DNA of 64,000 bases from a virus. The stretch's first letter is position 1. Each line of letters opens with the position of its first letter. The notes beneath the pieces were generated by a model. It worked only from the letters and a program-made list of their open reading frames with translations, did not search any database and was not told the origin of the DNA. The stretch covers positions 1 through 64,000 of IMG/VR virus record IMGVR_UViG_3300030685_000353; one strand, 5' to 3'. The translations under genes were made by a program, and so were the position numbers. Positions 21,065 to 30,871 of the stretch are shown piece by piece.

Positions 21065-21805
21065 TTAATGTTTTAAAGTTTTAAAAGATTTATTTTCTAT
21101 TTGTATATCGAAATCTCGTATTTGATTTCGAGTAATTCTATTTCTATGTACACCAAAGAAATCAGATGCTTTCTTTATAGAGATAAATTCATAATGTTCA
21201 TGCTTCCTATAGACATGAACTGTTACACCCTTATTTCCAGGCTTACGTTTGCTCAATATTTTATCTCTCTGTTCAGCTGTCCAGGATTTCCCTGATAGTG
21301 CTTCAGATAAATGTTTACAGTGTTCAAGAGTTCGCGGAGGTAGTTTTATACCAAGATGTGAATTTCGCAATTTGTCTTTAGCTTCGTCAGTATGTGTTTT
21401 ATTGTACATCCCATTTTTATAGCCTGACACTTTCTCACTTATCAATGTTCTAAGTTTTTCTATATCAGCCGGAAGTCTATCTTTTGACCACCCATTCCTG
21501 AAATTTTTCACGAATTTAGATAGATTACCTCCTTGACCACCTGATACAAGGTTGTAACTCATCTTGTCATTTACTGCATCAGTTTGCTCTATCCATATAG
21601 CTTCTCTCTGAGAAAGTTGTTCAAGGGTTTCGCACTCTTCTAATATTTCCTTCTTAAAATTTTCTTTGCCATATTTCTTAATAGCAGACAAGATTGCAGT
21701 ACCTGAACCCAGATACCCGTAATAGTTTTTAGCATCTTTCCCTATGTACCATTTGCCGTTTATTTGATTTACAGTTTTGTATATGACCATACCTTTATAG
21801 AACAC
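21065..21805 (-). CDS. Free-standing GIY-YIG homing endonuclease (Seg-like) with NUMOD3-type repeats
   Basis: VIYKTVNQINGKWYIGK, YLGSG, YNLVSGG, HTDEAKDKLR; real start may be the Met at about 21790. Confidence 0.88.
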   Translation of the reverse strand: MFYKGMVIYKTVNQINGKWYIGKDAKNYYGYLGSGTAILSAIKKYGKENFKKEILEECETLEQLSQREAIWIEQTDAVNDKMSYNLVSGGQGGNLSKFVKNFRNGWSKDRLPADIEKLRTLISEKVSGYKNGMYNKTHTDEAKDKLRNSHLGIKLPPRTLEHCKHLSEALSGKSWTAEQRDKILSKRKPGNKGVTVHVYRKHEHYEFISIKKASDFFGVHRNRITRNQIRDFDIQIENKSFKTLKH

Positions 21806-21806
21806 A

Positions 21807-21832
21807 AAAGGGAGAAGTTTTAATTTCTCCCT
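21807..21832 (-). terminator. Rho-independent terminator
   Basis: agggagaa...ttctccct with an A-run. Confidence 0.6.
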
Positions 21833-21853
21833 ACAAAATTTATTATGAAAGGT

Positions 21854-22189
21854 TTATAGTCCGAAAAGTTTCTGTCCAAATATAGAAATAACAGTTAATG
21901 CAAACTGAACTATAGCAAATATTGTAACTGCTTTCGTTTTAAATGTTTTCAGATCATCGATCTCTTTCACCATTGCTGCTAATTGAGTAGTCGATATAAC
22001 TTCATCCATTTTTTGTTTCCACTGTCTTAATTCATCAACTTTGTCTTCGCGATCTTTCATAATCGCAAGCTCCTTTTTGATGTCTTGTATTTCTGCATTT
22101 AGCTCAACTATACCTTTCGATAAGGTTTCTAACTCCTTAAGAACGAGTCTTGAATATTCGTTCCACCCGTTTTGTCCATTTTCAGCCAT
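21854..22189 (-). CDS. Coiled-coil protein with C-terminal TM helix (possible holin-like)
   Basis: NGWNEYSRLVL, heptad repeats, hydrophobic tail. Confidence 0.5.
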   Translation of the reverse strand: MAENGQNGWNEYSRLVLKELETLSKGIVELNAEIQDIKKELAIMKDREDKVDELRQWKQKMDEVISTTQLAAMVKEIDDLKTFKTKAVTIFAIVQFALTVISIFGQKLFGL

Positions 22190-22266
22190 TACATAAACTA
22201 ATTTTACTTACTATTTATTTGCATCTACTAGTAATTTTCGATACGCATACGATAGTTAAGGTAAAA

Positions 22267-22641
22267 TTAGAATAATTCATGTATTTTTTGTTTACAGAGA
22301 TAAACTTCCGTATATTTAACAATCAGAGCTTCTATAGTATCTATTTTATACATTTTTCGTGTATTAGACAATGCCGATAAGATATCGCCATGACAGGATA
22401 TGTTTCTATGTGGCTTCTTACAAAAACAACCTAGAACTTTGTCTTCTAATTCAAATAGAGAAGATAAAAGCTCTTGGTTATGTAAAATGTAATCCTCGTA
22501 TTTAGATATAGCTTCTGTTCGTGTCTTAACTTTATATGCAGCTAGGGTATGATCTTTATGTGAATAAGGATTTCCCCATTTTGATCCTCTACCGATGTAG
22601 ATATCATAAGCGTCATATCTTAAGTTGACAACAGTTGTCAT
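22267..22641 (-). CDS. DUF4326 domain protein
   Basis: YIGRGSKWGNPY, LGCFC, CHGDIL. Confidence 0.85.
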   Translation of the reverse strand: MTTVVNLRYDAYDIYIGRGSKWGNPYSHKDHTLAAYKVKTRTEAISKYEDYILHNQELLSSLFELEDKVLGCFCKKPHRNISCHGDILSALSNTRKMYKIDTIEALIVKYTEVYLCKQKIHELF

Positions 22642-23594
22642 TTAACTGATAAAATAGATTGTATTTTGAATATACACGATAACATCGAAATAGTAGGATC
22701 AATTACTTGTATACGCTGTGCTTGATGAGCTGCAATTTCGTAGATTATTTGTGGAATCGTATTTGTTTTATGCGGATACTTTTCAAATATCCATTTCGGT
22801 AATTCTTCTCCTAATGCTCCTAGTACATCTTCTACTCTTGAAGAATATTGTCCAATTAGAAAGATGTAATTGTTATAAGGATCGGGTGTAGATGCACATA
22901 GATTGAATACATCTTCGAATGACCATTCAGTCTTTAAGATTGCTTCCTGTGTAAGTTTCTTGACACCGGAAATTTGAATCGTTTGAATTTTATTGAACAA
23001 TTTTCGCATGTCAGGAAAACTACGTTTTACTAATTCATGTACTGCTCCTTCCTCAGATTCAATTTTTAATTTGGTTAATACTGTAGTAGCTCTAGCTTTT
23101 ATCTGAACGAATACTTCTTGTTCTTCTTCTGCATCTACATAATCAAAATTGACAGAAGTAAATCTAGAAAGAATAGCTTCTGGAATTTTATTTATATAGT
23201 TAGTAGTAGCAACAAATCTTGCTTGTTCCGCAAATTTCTCAATTGTACCACGTAATGCTTTGAAGAACTGATCAGATACCCCTTCAATTTCATCTAGAAT
23301 GATAACTTTAAATGCTTCTTCTCCATCCATTACAGATATAGTCGAACAGAATTTATTTATAGTTTCTCTTACTACATCCACAGATGTTTCATCTGAACAG
23401 TTAATGTATTTATGTGGATGTTTACTTGCTAATATCTTAGCTGTACTCGTTTTTCCTTGACCCGGTCCACCGTGAAAAAGATAATTTTGTTTAAGTTCAC
23501 CACTTCCTATAATATCGCGGATACGTTTAGGTAAGATGAGTTGTTCAATTTGTTTAGGGCGTAAAATTTCTGTAAGTAATCTATTGTTGCTCAT
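22638..23594 (-). CDS. Sliding clamp loader large subunit (T4 gp44/RFC-like AAA+)
   Basis: E.LRPK, GGPGQGKTS, IILDE, LRGTIE, SRF, FPDMRK. Confidence 0.92.
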   Translation of the reverse strand: MSNNRLLTEILRPKQIEQLILPKRIRDIIGSGELKQNYLFHGGPGQGKTSTAKILASKHPHKYINCSDETSVDVVRETINKFCSTISVMDGEEAFKVIILDEIEGVSDQFFKALRGTIEKFAEQARFVATTNYINKIPEAILSRFTSVNFDYVDAEEEQEVFVQIKARATTVLTKLKIESEEGAVHELVKRSFPDMRKLFNKIQTIQISGVKKLTQEAILKTEWSFEDVFNLCASTPDPYNNYIFLIGQYSSRVEDVLGALGEELPKWIFEKYPHKTNTIPQIIYEIAAHQAQRIQVIDPTISMLSCIFKIQSILSVK

Positions 23595-23661
23595 TTAAAA
23601 AATATTTAGAGTTTTCTTTTATTAGATAAAAATAAAAGAAAGTTTAGTGTTTATTTTTTGT

Positions 23662-23841
23662 TTATTGATACGATAAATCAAAACCTTCTAGATTTTCAAC
23701 GATTAAATCTTCAAGTAAAAATTTATCTGTATGTAATGTTTGCTCTACGAACCATACACAATAAGCATACCCATCTAGGATATGATCTAGTGTCATAATC
23801 GGACCGCCTGAGCGATGAATAACAAGACTTCCTTCATTCAT
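23662..23841 (-). CDS. YodC/DUF2158-like small protein (59 aa)
   Basis: Manual translation MNEGSLVIHRSGGPIMTLDHILDGYAYCVWFVEQ...; SGGPxMT...CxWF signature; late motif at 23860-23868. Confidence 0.7.
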   Translation of the reverse strand: MNEGSLVIHRSGGPIMTLDHILDGYAYCVWFVEQTLHTDKFLLEDLIVENLEGFDLSYQ

Positions 23842-23890
23842 AAATAAATTGGTTTTGTTTTATATATCGGCACTGTTAAGTACAGCTCAA

Positions 23891-24259
23891 TTATTTCTCT
23901 GTGTTACTTGGTGGTGGAGAATCAGGTGTGTTGAATATTTGCATCATAATTTCGACAAGGCCGAATATAGTAGAAAACATGTGATTAGATCTGTTCCCTT
24001 CGCTATCTATTATTATTGCAGCCCATTTACTTTCTCCAGTTAGTTCAGGCGGAAATAGACACAATTCTTTATCACCAATGCCAAATCTATGAGGCCCTGG
24101 ATTTGCTAAGATGAATTTACCATCTTGTTGCAAAATTTCTATTTCATTATCTATTACTCGCTTGGCATCACTCATAAATTTATCCGAGTGGATAACTATC
24201 TTCTTATCTGTACACTCTGAGTGAAAAAGTGTAAGCATTGCTAATGATTCAATAAACAT
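23891..24259 (-). CDS. Hypothetical protein
   Basis: ORF in operon. Confidence 0.55.
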   Translation of the reverse strand: MFIESLAMLTLFHSECTDKKIVIHSDKFMSDAKRVIDNEIEILQQDGKFILANPGPHRFGIGDKELCLFPPELTGESKWAAIIIDSEGNRSNHMFSTIFGLVEIMMQIFNTPDSPPPSNTEK

Positions 24260-24452
24260 GGAAAAATTTTTTTAATTCTGTGTCGTCTTTACTTATAAAG
24301 TATTCATCATATAGTTTCTTAAAATCCCATGCAAATGAATCTTCAAATAAAAGTGCATCGGCCCTTAATAAATTGTTCAACCCGTCTACTCCATTTGATT
24401 CATAAGCAGATTTAAGTATTTCTGCATTTATATAGCGTTTATTAAAGCTCAT
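24249..24452 (-). CDS. Hypothetical protein
   Basis: Probable start MSFNKRY, just after the upstream stop. Confidence 0.55.
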   Translation of the reverse strand: MSFNKRYINAEILKSAYESNGVDGLNNLLRADALLFEDSFAWDFKKLYDEYFISKDDTELKKFFHVY

Positions 24453-24453
24453 T

Positions 24454-24744
24454 TTACCATAATTTATTTTCAGTATTCGGACATTGTTGATCAGTAAGTG
24501 ATGTTTTAGCATGTAAGAACCCTCCGCTACCATAAGTGCATTTTTCTTTATTCAATACTATTTTACAAAATGAACATGTTCTGCATAATTCTAAACGTTC
24601 ATTTTGTATTTCTGCTATTACTAGCGGTGTATGAACTATGTCATTCTCAACGCGGATAGAATGAATACCTGAAGATATAATTTTTATATCATTATTATCA
24701 CTATTGAAGGTGAATGATTCAGAGTTATTGCAATTACATCCCAT
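24454..24744 (-). CDS. Cys-rich small protein
   Basis: MGCNC; RLELCRTC..C; C..G..L.AKT....QCP..W. Confidence 0.55.
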   Translation of the reverse strand: MGCNCNNSESFTFNSDNNDIKIISSGIHSIRVENDIVHTPLVIAEIQNERLELCRTCSFCKIVLNKEKCTYGSGGFLHAKTSLTDQQCPNTENKLW

Positions 24745-24776
24745 ATATGTGTTTATATACTTATTTTATGCTAAAA

Positions 24777-25637
24777 TCATATCAGATATGTATCTAGATC
24801 ATACGACAGAGCATTTTTTAAAATATCGCTTCCGAGAATAGAAATAGCTATTGCTGCAGCTATTCTAGAATTAAATAGACCAGGTTGACCAGAATTTTTA
24901 GTATAAGCTGATATGTACGGTTCACCGTCATCATTTAACGATATTTCAGATATCGTTCGCTTATCGCATTTTGACAATACACTTGCTATCCTACGTATAC
25001 GTTTTCTATTCTTCAATTTTTCTATCTCAGATAGAGCTATTTCTATTTCACCAAATTCTAATGCTCCTCCACTTACTGACCACCCATCTTCATGAAATTC
25101 CTCACCTTTATCTTCGATACTAATTTGTAATTTATAACGAAGACTCGATGTGTCGTCAGATATGAAAGAAGATTTAGCAAGCTCATACATATAGTCAGGT
25201 ATAAACTCTATCAAGTCTTCTTTTTGCGTTTTAAAAAATTTACGTTCAGGCGTATTGATGTCTAAAAAGACATATAGCATTTTATGACGTAATCTGTCAT
25301 ATTCCATACCCTGTAGTATCAATGGGTAATCTTTATCTTTTACTGTAAATACTTTACCGTTTTCCCAGCCTTTATTTTTTCTATACGGAATATAGAAATC
25401 ATAAGTCTGTTCGAATGAAGCTAATGAAAACGTATCAGCTGATACGTTTTCATATAGTGTATTTCCATTTATGTCTTCTACCCAAATCTTCTTTTTGTAG
25501 GTTCCTTCTACTCTTGTAACAATACAAAGATTTTGATCATCATCTAGTAAAATGTCATTTAATCTTGGAGTATGCCATTCTCTTAATGACCAGTCTTTAT
25601 TTATTACATCTTTACTTGCACGATCTTGTTTTAACAT
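24777..25637 (-). CDS. Hypothetical protein
   Basis: 286 aa ORF. Confidence 0.7.
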   Translation of the reverse strand: MLKQDRASKDVINKDWSLREWHTPRLNDILLDDDQNLCIVTRVEGTYKKKIWVEDINGNTLYENVSADTFSLASFEQTYDFYIPYRKNKGWENGKVFTVKDKDYPLILQGMEYDRLRHKMLYVFLDINTPERKFFKTQKEDLIEFIPDYMYELAKSSFISDDTSSLRYKLQISIEDKGEEFHEDGWSVSGGALEFGEIEIALSEIEKLKNRKRIRRIASVLSKCDKRTISEISLNDDGEPYISAYTKNSGQPGLFNSRIAAAIAISILGSDILKNALSYDLDTYLI

Positions 25638-26059
25638 TAGAATCCAAACTTTCTGCTCATTATTAATCCTCTATGCGCCTGACGTTCCTCAGCTGTCTTA
25701 AAAATCTTAGAGCCTATTTTTTCCCACCCTTTTAGCTCTTGGTTAGCTCGTTTAATAACTTTATTTATGCATTTTATGATCGAAGCATCACCATCTTCAT
25801 CTACTACACCTACATATTGACGATCTCCAGTCCAGATAGTATATTTTACTGGTTCTTTTACTTCATCATTTTTATGATATATCATGATTTTAAATGCGAT
25901 ATCTTTTGGAATATCTCCATGAGGCGATATAATTACATCTTCATGAAACTTAAATGTTATAGTACCATTTTTCTCCTGTCTTTTAGTAGAAGCGTAAACT
26001 AATCCTAAAGCTAGAAGCTTATCATATTCTTTAAATTTCGTGAGCTGATCGATATTCAT
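25637..26059 (-). CDS. Hypothetical protein with STKRQEKNGT motif and C-terminal RGLIMSRKFGF tag
   Basis: ORF; motifs shared with 47089..47472 and 55601..56395. Confidence 0.7.
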   Translation of the reverse strand: MNIDQLTKFKEYDKLLALGLVYASTKRQEKNGTITFKFHEDVIISPHGDIPKDIAFKIMIYHKNDEVKEPVKYTIWTGDRQYVGVVDEDGDASIIKCINKVIKRANQELKGWEKIGSKIFKTAEERQAHRGLIMSRKFGF

Positions 26060-26073
26060 TACATATTGTTATT

Positions 26074-27327
26074 TTAAAATAGAGCTGAAGAACCCGAGTT
26101 TGCTCCTTTAGATGTACCAAGTTTTATGCCAGATGTTACTGGCTTGCCTAATACTCCAACATTATCTTCTGCTCCAACAAATGATCCACCATATCCCTGA
26201 GGTACAAAGCTTTTCTTATCAGTCCACCAATGTGTTCCTTCTAAGATTTGCTCTCTTGCCATATTAATAGGAGAAGATGTTATTTCATTCGATATAAGTA
26301 TGAATGCATTTTGTATTTCTTTCGGGATAACGTCGAAATTAAGTATAACGAGTGTAATGTTTCTGTGTATAAGTTTTTGAATATCGTCTTTCTTATAGAC
26401 AATTCCGTTAGATTTATATACAGTATTCACTGCATCTACAAAAAATTCTGTCATTTCTCCAGATTGAAGATTCTGCCAAGTAACAGGAGATAAAGTAGCT
26501 AATGCCTTATCTAATTTGGAATCAGTCATTCCACGTGTTTTTGTAACGTCTTTTTTATCTATCCATGTGATTACTCCTGGTACTGCATCACCACCGTCTC
26601 CTAAGATAACTTTACGTGTTGCTACTCTATCAGGATCAGTAATCTGATGATCATTGTGACTAAGCAATATGTCTAAAATGTTGCTTGTTCCTGCCCAACT
26701 TTCTGGATTAAATAAATTGAACAAATCGTCACCGGTAGTATCATTTTCAACATCATTTACAAGTCTAGAATCATAAGTTTCTTGTGTTAATATGATTCTT
26801 CTTCTATTTGATACTGGATCTAAAACGATAGTAAACGATCCGTTTTTATGAGTCTGAATACACTGGTGTAAATCTCGGTCACCTGTAACAAGCATTACAG
26901 ATTCTCCTATGTCATTAAGTCTTCTTGACCATAAAAACAAAAGATCATCAGCTTCTGCATCTTTAACCTTTGATATTATATATCCTTTAGATTGTAAAAT
27001 TTCACCAAACTCGTTCGTTAATTCATAGAATGAAGTCCAATCTATTGTAGGTTTTTCTTCATCATGGGCCCGGTTACTTTTATATCCTCCTCCGTCTATC
27101 GGAATCTTTTTCCTCCATGAGTTAGAGTCTAAGCACACTATAACTCTATTTACATTTTCTATTGATTTGACTAATGCAGCAAAATCAGTAGCAAGCTTTC
27201 TAATAAAAACTCCCTTGGAATCATCAGATTCCAAGAGAAGTTGTCCTTTTTTTACACCGTAATTACCAATCGTAAATAAAGTTCTATAAAATATGCCACT
27301 TGCGTCTATAACAAGATTTAATTTCAT
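26074..27327 (-). CDS. rnh: RNase H/5'-3' exonuclease (T4 RNase H/FEN family)
   Basis: LVIDAS, SWRK, YKSNR, EADD, TGDRDL, GDGGDAVPG. Confidence 0.88.
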   Translation of the reverse strand: MKLNLVIDASGIFYRTLFTIGNYGVKKGQLLLESDDSKGVFIRKLATDFAALVKSIENVNRVIVCLDSNSWRKKIPIDGGGYKSNRAHDEEKPTIDWTSFYELTNEFGEILQSKGYIISKVKDAEADDLLFLWSRRLNDIGESVMLVTGDRDLHQCIQTHKNGSFTIVLDPVSNRRRIILTQETYDSRLVNDVENDTTGDDLFNLFNPESWAGTSNILDILLSHNDHQITDPDRVATRKVILGDGGDAVPGVITWIDKKDVTKTRGMTDSKLDKALATLSPVTWQNLQSGEMTEFFVDAVNTVYKSNGIVYKKDDIQKLIHRNITLVILNFDVIPKEIQNAFILISNEITSSPINMAREQILEGTHWWTDKKSFVPQGYGGSFVGAEDNVGVLGKPVTSGIKLGTSKGANSGSSALF

Positions 27328-27334
27328 GATGTGA

Positions 27335-28027
27335 TCATTTTTTTTCTTGCATCTTCTTTAGAGATGATCTTAATATTTGATTAATTCTTGTAGTAGTGAG
27401 GGAAAAATGTTCTGCTATTTCTTTAACGTCCATTTCTTCCTTACCGTTCAGGCCATATGCCATTTCTACAACTTCACGTTCTTTCGGTTTTAGTTCATCG
27501 AGAAATGTATTAACTTTTCTACAAGTTAATTCATCTTCTTCTCTACGAAAGATATCGAGTTTCTGATCTTTATCTTGAATAGTATCAGCTAATGTGTTAC
27601 CATCTTCGTTTGGTCGGTCTATTTGAACTTCAGAATATGTGTAGTCAATTCTACCGTCTTTCATAAGTTCAGAAATATGTTCAGGTAATCTAACAACCCG
27701 GTTATTATGCATACAGTTACGTATGATGGATTGTTTAATATACCAAGATGCACATGTAGTAAAAGATGCACCTTTTTCTGGTTGCCATTTTTCTAAGGCA
27801 GTAATTAAACCGGCATTACCTTCACCTAACAAATCATGAAATTCGACACCTTTTCCGATGAATCCTCTTGCTATACTTACTACTAATAAAAGATGATTTT
27901 TGAATAACTTTTCTTTAGCTGCTGTGTTACCAGTTAAAGCTTCTAATGCAATTGCATGAGTTTCTTCTTTAGTTAATCCCTTGTTGTGACGAATTTCTTC
28001 AAAGTAAGTTTTTGTAATGTCTAACAT
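27335..28027 (-). CDS. Sigma70-family factor (RpoD/RpoH-like, regions 1.2-4)
   Basis: DLLGEGNAGL, FTTCASWYIKQSI, VRLPEH, EIAEHFSLTTTRINQI; start set at MLDIT, downstream of the promoter. Confidence 0.9.
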   Translation of the reverse strand: MLDITKTYFEEIRHNKGLTKEETHAIALEALTGNTAAKEKLFKNHLLLVVSIARGFIGKGVEFHDLLGEGNAGLITALEKWQPEKGASFTTCASWYIKQSIIRNCMHNNRVVRLPEHISELMKDGRIDYTYSEVQIDRPNEDGNTLADTIQDKDQKLDIFRREEDELTCRKVNTFLDELKPKEREVVEMAYGLNGKEEMDVKEIAEHFSLTTTRINQILRSSLKKMQEKK

Positions 28028-28050
28028 AATTTTATTAATTTTTGATTGAT

Positions 28051-28092
28051 TTATGATACAAAAATAATACAATAATATCGATTAGAAAAATG
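28051..28092 (-). promoter_or_regulatory. Host-type (Bacteroidota TAnnTTTG) promoter for the sigma70 gene
   Basis: Minus strand ...attgtatTATTTTTGtatcataa, a variant of the early-region repeat. Confidence 0.65.
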
Positions 28093-28106
28093 TGGATGAT
28101 ATTTTT

Positions 28107-28259
28107 TTAATTTTCTTTCCATAATAAATCATCTATATTATCACGGATAATGGCATTAAATTCTGGTTCTAATTCTATTGAATCATTAACAATCTTTGAT
28201 GCTAATTTAGTTAGTCGAGTTTCAAATTCCTCAGATAATATCGGTAAAAATAATTCCAT
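28107..28259 (-). CDS. Small acidic hypothetical protein (50 aa)
   Basis: Manual translation MELFLPILSEEFETRL...LLWKEN; coupled to the upstream stop. Confidence 0.5.
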   Translation of the reverse strand: MELFLPILSEEFETRLTKLASKIVNDSIELEPEFNAIIRDNIDDLLWKEN

Positions 28260-28450
28260 TATACAATATGCTTAATTAATGTTAGAATGCCCCAAGTTAT
28301 GAAATAGAAAAAAGCTGTGGAAATTCCAGTTAATAGGAATTTTATAAATTCGAATTGCCTAACATACCGTTCACCCTTGATAGTTAATCTATACCAACGA
28401 CTGAAGCATGTAAGAATAAGAATTACGTACCAAACAGATGGATTAATCAT
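28259..28450 (-). CDS. Small membrane protein
   Basis: Two hydrophobic segments. Confidence 0.55.
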   Translation of the reverse strand: MINPSVWYVILILTCFSRWYRLTIKGERYVRQFEFIKFLLTGISTAFFYFITWGILTLIKHIV

Positions 28451-28727
28451 TCGACCTTTTAAGTAATTTATACCACACGGTAACTATTTCCCTTTTTTCC
28501 TCTTGTAAAACATATTCATATATCTCTATCATATCTTCCAGTAATGAAATATGTTTAGTTCTTTCCATCATAGATTTCATGTCCGGATTTGACCAATAAT
28601 CAATGGGAATTTTAATAAGTTGATCATATAGTTGATCATATTCTGTGACTAATTCTGCTATAGCATCCGGTCCTAAAACTTGTAGCATGCTAAAATCACT
28701 TACTGTATTAGATTGATTGTTCGTCAT
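28443..28727 (-). CDS. Hypothetical protein
   Basis: Probable start MTNNQ. Confidence 0.55.
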   Translation of the reverse strand: MTNNQSNTVSDFSMLQVLGPDAIAELVTEYDQLYDQLIKIPIDYWSNPDMKSMMERTKHISLLEDMIEIYEYVLQEEKREIVTVWYKLLKRSND

Positions 28728-29133
28728 TTTCTTCTTCAATTTCAGGGGTTTCGTAATCGTTAGATGGAATTTCCATTTCTTCATCAATCTCAATTTCAAT
28801 TTCAGCTTCTTCCACTTTTTCTTTACTTTTCTCCTTATCGAGTTTGTTCAGTTGCCGTTCTGAAAGATATACTGTACGTTTCTTAGATAATAAAGCATCT
28901 TGAACTGTACGATATTCAATTGCCCAAAGAGTATGATCATCCGATTTCCAGCAACTTAATTCTTTATCGTTGACTTTACCTTGTAATTTATACTCGGTAG
29001 TTTTGATCATGAATGGTACTCCCACATGCTCCATCTTCACATCCATCGCTCTGATAAATTTTTGGCAATCTTGCCAGAAATCTTTTGAAAATAACTCTAA
29101 TAACGAATCTGAGTACACATTAATTTTTCTCAT
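28708..29133 (-). CDS. Hypothetical protein with acidic tail
   Basis: ORF. Confidence 0.6.
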   Translation of the reverse strand: MRKINVYSDSLLELFSKDFWQDCQKFIRAMDVKMEHVGVPFMIKTTEYKLQGKVNDKELSCWKSDDHTLWAIEYRTVQDALLSKKRTVYLSERQLNKLDKEKSKEKVEEAEIEIEIDEEMEIPSNDYETPEIEEENDEQSI

Positions 29134-29158
29134 ATAACTGTTTGTTTAATTTTTATTG

Positions 29159-29594
29159 TTAATATCTTGGCAGAAATGCTTCCAATTCTGTTATCCATTC
29201 ACTTTTTCTACATGCTATTATACGTAAAGTATCATAACATTGATGTTTCCAATTGTTTTCAATATTGCGTAAAATTGGAAACACGTTAGTTTCAGCTCTT
29301 ATGGATTCTAATTCTATATCGTCATCATCTAAGTGCCATATAAAGTCTGGATTCTCTTTAAAAAAATTCAGACTTGTTTTTCATATTACAGAAATGAATA
29401 TTCTCGATGGGAATTTTTAATTCTTCGGCAACATTGAATACTTCAGTATTACTTACTTTATTGCCACTATTATCGGCAAATTCGAATCTACCAGTGACAA
29501 TATGTACATCATGTCCAGCATATATAAGTTTAGATGCTAATTTTTGTACACATTCTAAAGTCAGTGTGGAATCGAAATCAAACGATACTTTCAT
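29159..29594 (-). CDS. HAD-superfamily phosphatase split by a +1 frameshift at TTT-TTT-TAA (29358-29366)
   Basis: Motif I VSFDFDSTL, II IVTGR and III K lie in the first frame; motif IV (WHLDDD) lies in the +1 frame, which stays open for 66 codons to TAA at 29159. Confidence 0.75.
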
Positions 29595-30045
29595 TTGCTA
29601 ATATTTTTTCTAATTTGTCAGTTATTACTTTCCAATTTTCATTGTCTTTTTCTCCGAATTGCCACCATTGGCCTTTGAAAGTTTCCTGGCCGTATTTACC
29701 GGAGTCATCAATAAGTATATCTCCTATGAGCAAATCTTTTTGAGGACATAATATTAATCGTTCTAACATTTTGGTACCAAAATGTCGTTGAATACTTTCG
29801 GCCTTTTCAGTATAACAAGCAATATTGTTAATAGAAGGCCTGGTCAGGAACCAAAGTTCACATCTATCTTCAAATTGTTTAAAGAATTCCATTGCACCTT
29901 CAATAGGTGGTAAATATTTGAACAGACCAGTCATTGACCAAGGCCATGTTTGCTCAACGTCAGTTATAGCAAATTCACGCCATGCAGCTGCTCCTTTTGC
30001 CATATCGAAGAACGTATGATCCATATCGATGTAAATTCTCAACAT
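29578..30045 (-). CDS. 5'(3')-deoxyribonucleotidase (HAD family)
   Basis: IYIDMDHT, LPPIEGA, K.LLIGDILIDD. Confidence 0.85.
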   Translation of the reverse strand: MLRIYIDMDHTFFDMAKGAAAWREFAITDVEQTWPWSMTGLFKYLPPIEGAMEFFKQFEDRCELWFLTRPSINNIACYTEKAESIQRHFGTKMLERLILCPQKDLLIGDILIDDSGKYGQETFKGQWWQFGEKDNENWKVITDKLEKILANESIV

Positions 30046-30455
30046 AATGATCTCAGTTCCTTTCCTAGATCAAAATTATTTGAAAGTTTTTTAATCAACT
30101 CAACAGGAATTATTACGACATTAGTAGTAACAATTTGTAAGAACTCAATAGTTTTTACTTCATATTCAACATGTTCATGTTCATAGCTTTGTTGCCACTC
30201 AAACTTAACGAGATATGAATCTGTGTTCGGATATACTATCCGTCCTATCGATGTGTTAGTTTCATTGTTATAATGAATACTTTCAATATAAAATCCTGAA
30301 CGTTCTTTTAGTAGATTGATCACTAATGGCTTACCAATAGTAACGTCTACATTAACTCTAAGCTCCACTTCAGCGTCTAAGAAATCTGATAGAGGATCTA
30401 TTTGTTCATCTATACAGCGTAGAACGAAGTATGTACTATCACTTAAATTACTCAT
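30039..30455 (-). CDS. Hypothetical protein
   Basis: ORF. Confidence 0.6.
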   Translation of the reverse strand: MSNLSDSTYFVLRCIDEQIDPLSDFLDAEVELRVNVDVTIGKPLVINLLKERSGFYIESIHYNNETNTSIGRIVYPNTDSYLVKFEWQQSYEHEHVEYEVKTIEFLQIVTTNVVIIPVELIKKLSNNFDLGKELRSLC

Positions 30456-30871
30456 TTATGCAATTGTTTTAATGTTTCACGAATTTCGATCCAATCTGTT
30501 TCATGTTCAAATCCAGCTTTGTCATCTACTATGACACTTACATAAAACTTTTCTTCAAAATATCCAGTCTTCGTGTTTAAAATCCCTGGGTTTTCATTGA
30601 ATGAATCAATGTCGATATATTGTTTCTTGAAAAAATTTAAAATATTGGGCTTTTCTTCAGGATAGCATGAAGACCATAAAATTATTTTAGATTCTGGATA
30701 AGATCGTATTAATTTTATAACTTCTCTTGCCTGAGGGTTTATCCACTCGTAATCACCAGATTGATAATTACTTTTTATGCAAGTACCGTGTAAATCTATA
30801 CACCAAAATATACGTGTATATCTTTTTTCTTGCAATTGGGCATATGCTCTTTTTATTGCATTACTTATCAT
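30452..30871 (-). CDS. HAD-like hydrolase
   Basis: CIDLHGT, ILWSS, NENP, KFY...VDDKAGF; probable start MISNAIK. Confidence 0.7.
   Translation of the reverse strand: MISNAIKRAYAQLQEKRYTRIFWCIDLHGTCIKSNYQSGDYEWINPQAREVIKLIRSYPESKIILWSSCYPEEKPNILNFFKKQYIDIDSFNENPGILNTKTGYFEEKFYVSVIVDDKAGFEHETDWIEIRETLKQLHK

Noticed and set aside
21065-21805. Group I intron carrying the GIY-YIG endonuclease
   Set aside because: Flanking genes look complete, the gaps are only 3 and about 48 nt, and there is no room for an intron core
21854-22189. C-terminus QKLFGL as a fifth KFGF tag
   Set aside because: Lacks the RGxI core and follows a TM helix
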